Translations under genes and position numbers: made by a program
Source of the DNA: a virus
Lineage: Duplodnaviria > Caudoviricetes
Length of the DNA stretch: 64,000 nucleotides
Direction: 5' to 3' (one strand)
Virus record (IMG/VR): IMGVR_UViG_3300028832_000004
Coordinates: 63,988 to 127,987 of that record
Part shown: positions 62,019-64,000 of the stretch, in pieces
How positions within the stretch are numbered: the stretch's first letter is position 1
Layout: every line of letters begins with the position of its first letter
The notes under the pieces: generated by a model
Seen by the model: the letters and a program-made list of their open reading frames with translations, nothing else
Told to the model about the DNA's origin: nothing
Databases searched by the model: none

Positions 62019-62942
62019 TCACCCCACTTCAAACGAGGACCTCTCCGCAAAATGATGTTCAAGATAAAGCTTGACCGCGGGCGCAAATTTGCCGTTAGTA
62101 TCATTGAAGCATACCACGCATTTGTCGCGCAACGCATCTATCTTTTCCGGGGTGGCATCGGGCATCTCGATATATCCTTTATGGGGGAATCGCTCCGCAT
62201 GCTTGGATATCCCGGTAAAGTCCTGCCAATAGCGGAGAATCCAATGGTTATAATTCTTTTCATCCCTGAATTTCGTCAAGGTCGGCTCTATGGTAGGCCA
62301 AAATGTATTGAGTGCCGGAATGATCGCATCACGTTTATAGCACACTGCCAAATGGTTATGGGTATAATGCGGGCACTGTTTCCCCACAATCTTGGACACC
62401 AAGTCAAAGTTATTGCATACGATGGAGCGGAAAAGGCATGTAGGCTGGAATCTCGATTCACGTATTTCCATCCACGTTAATGGCTGGTCGCCTTCGACGA
62501 AATTATCAAAGGTGCAAGGCGCGTTGAAATAGAAGTCATCATTCATCATCAAGAAAAATGGAGACAACTCGGATGCATGCTTATGAAGGAAACACAGCTC
62601 GATGCAGGAGCTATTATAGCTCGGAGTTGCCCACTCCGGCATGAAATCCGCGTGATAATGGATCTTGAGGCGGGGATGCGACCTATCTAGCCACTCCGGA
62701 ATTTGCGATTCGGACTGTACTATTAAATGCACCGTTCCAGGCGGGCCGAACTTTTCATACCCGCGCCACCAATAGCGGAACATGCCATAGGACGCATAGC
62801 GATTCGAAAATAGCTTCAAGAATAATTCACGCGCCTTTTGAGTGGTAAACCGCTTCTTGCGCGTTGCAAGGAACCGTTCCTGCCATTCTCGGTCGGAGGA
62901 GTCCACATATGGAAGGACAATATCAAGATTCGAATCTACCAT
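62019..62942 (-). CDS. Stealth family hexose-1-phosphate transferase
   Basis: DIVLPYVDSSDREW (CR1), P.WL..H..F.P..PSYNS..IE, FLMMNDDFY (CR2). Confidence 0.9.
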   Translation of the reverse strand: MVDSNLDIVLPYVDSSDREWQERFLATRKKRFTTQKARELFLKLFSNRYASYGMFRYWWRGYEKFGPPGTVHLIVQSESQIPEWLDRSHPRLKIHYHADFMPEWATPSYNSSCIELCFLHKHASELSPFFLMMNDDFYFNAPCTFDNFVEGDQPLTWMEIRESRFQPTCLFRSIVCNNFDLVSKIVGKQCPHYTHNHLAVCYKRDAIIPALNTFWPTIEPTLTKFRDEKNYNHWILRYWQDFTGISKHAERFPHKGYIEMPDATPEKIDALRDKCVVCFNDTNGKFAPAVKLYLEHHFAERSSFEVG

Positions 62943-63130
62943 CTATTATGACCTTTCCTCGGAAGATATCCCGGCATTTTGGCATGGAAGTGCTTGCCGC
63001 CTTCCCCGGGGACAGATGTCTTCGGAATATAAAAATAACGCGATATGCGCCGTAGCTTATTGTAGATTGCAATAAGCAAAAGCACATTCACGCCCGCCGC
63101 TGCAATGGCTGCCACATTAAGGAGCAACAC
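62936..63130 (-). CDS. small membrane protein
   Basis: N-terminal hydrophobic helix; GGAGG RBS. Confidence 0.5.
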   Translation of the reverse strand: MLLLNVAAIAAAGVNVLLLIAIYNKLRRISRYFYIPKTSVPGEGGKHFHAKMPGYLPRKGHNRW

Positions 63131-63428
63131 CGCCCTCCGTCATTTCTGCCGTTTTCTTCTTGCTTTTGTATTTCTTCTTGGATGTAGTTGGGGCAGCCAC
63201 TTCCGGCGTCGGAATTTCAACCGGGGCTTCAACTTCAACCGGCGCTTCAACTTCAACAGGTTCTTCGGCCGCAACCGGCGTTTCAACCGGTTTGATGTCG
63301 GCGGGTTGACTAGATGCGACTGGCTGTTTCGGTGCGGTAGCTGCCTTGCGCTTTTTGCGGGCGGCAAGTTCACGCGCCTTCTTGCGCTTGGCGATTATGT
63401 CAATTACTGCACTCATTTTCGGATTCAT
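63117..63428 (-). CDS. low-complexity basic/acidic protein with PVEVEA repeats
   Basis: K/R-rich ends, tandem [AE]PVE[VI]E repeats. Confidence 0.7.
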   Translation of the reverse strand: MNPKMSAVIDIIAKRKKARELAARKKRKAATAPKQPVASSQPADIKPVETPVAAEEPVEVEAPVEVEAPVEIPTPEVAAPTTSKKKYKSKKKTAEMTEGGVAP

Positions 63429-63958
63429 AGTTTCAACTCCTTGGAAAGGGTGGTTTTAATAATTTTCACGCGATCCTGAACGGACCCGGTGAGTTCCTTA
63501 TATGGAACATTACATTCTTTTGCGAATGTAATCAAGGCCGCATGCCATCTCTGCTGATAATCCGCGTCCGTCGAACGAATCCCATTTGCCGCGATTGCAA
63601 ACTCGCCGGGCTTCGGGATAAACGCATAATTAATGTAGGATGCCATCTTACGAAGGCGTTTTTCAAAGGCAGCCTTGATATCCGCAGGCACGCTGTTGTC
63701 CAATGCCATATAGGAATAACAATCCAGGGCGGACCTGTCCAAATAAATCGGGGCGTCGATTGCAAGTGCCTGATTGAGCTGGCTCTCCATGGTAGATACG
63801 ATAAATTCCTGCTTTTCTGCCGGGGATCTAAATTGCATGGATGCCGCGATGTTGGATGCGGAAGGGGTGACCACCGTTCCGCCGTCCGCAAAGATAGCCG
63901 TAATAATTGAGGTCTTGCCTACGCCCTGGGCACCGGAAATTGAGATAATACGATTCAT
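63425..63958 (-). CDS. P-loop nucleotide kinase (AAA_28/NadR-like)
   Basis: ISGAQGVGKTS, LDRSALD, NGIR, LTGSVQDR. Confidence 0.85.
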   Translation of the reverse strand: MNRIISISGAQGVGKTSIITAIFADGGTVVTPSASNIAASMQFRSPAEKQEFIVSTMESQLNQALAIDAPIYLDRSALDCYSYMALDNSVPADIKAAFEKRLRKMASYINYAFIPKPGEFAIAANGIRSTDADYQQRWHAALITFAKECNVPYKELTGSVQDRVKIIKTTLSKELKL

Positions 63959-64000
63959 GAATAGCCTACGGTTTTAAAACTGGTATTTTTCGTTTAAGGT

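Overview
A 64-kb stretch of a large tailed (probably myovirus-like) bacteriophage genome in the standard genetic code; no CRISPR array, rRNA or integrase was seen. Contents: (i) a Pol III-style replication module (DnaB helicase, DnaX-like clamp loader, beta-clamp, dUTPase), an AEP primase-like gene beside a GGAC-iteron-rich putative origin, a RuvC-like resolvase, and an ATP-dependent DNA ligase fractured by a naturally split intein; (ii) virion and packaging genes (terminase large subunit with an HNH intein, gp13-like neck, baseplate/tail proteins, a family of probable internal head proteins sharing an N-terminal K-[NH]-E motif); (iii) base- and sugar-modification genes (QueD fusion, two TGT-fold proteins, ParB-like, several glycosyltransferases, Stealth, radical SAM); (iv) many small early ORFs behind a 7-copy promoter GTGTCTTTTTCA-N11-TATATT. 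The most unusual content is RNA. Five near-canonical tRNAs (Glu, Tyr, Asn, Ser, Ser) sit directly behind a leader peptide plus terminator/antiterminator that looks like a translation-sensing attenuator. Two minus-strand ncRNA islands (2.4-4.6 kb and 22.0-22.8 kb) contain tRNA-like RNAs with 8-nt anticodon loops, tRNA scaffolds carrying inserted domains (one 360 nt) and a 116-nt tmRNA-like RNA lacking its mRNA domain, next to an ACP homolog with Asp in place of the phosphopantetheine Ser. All structures and family calls were made by eye, without database searches or folding software.
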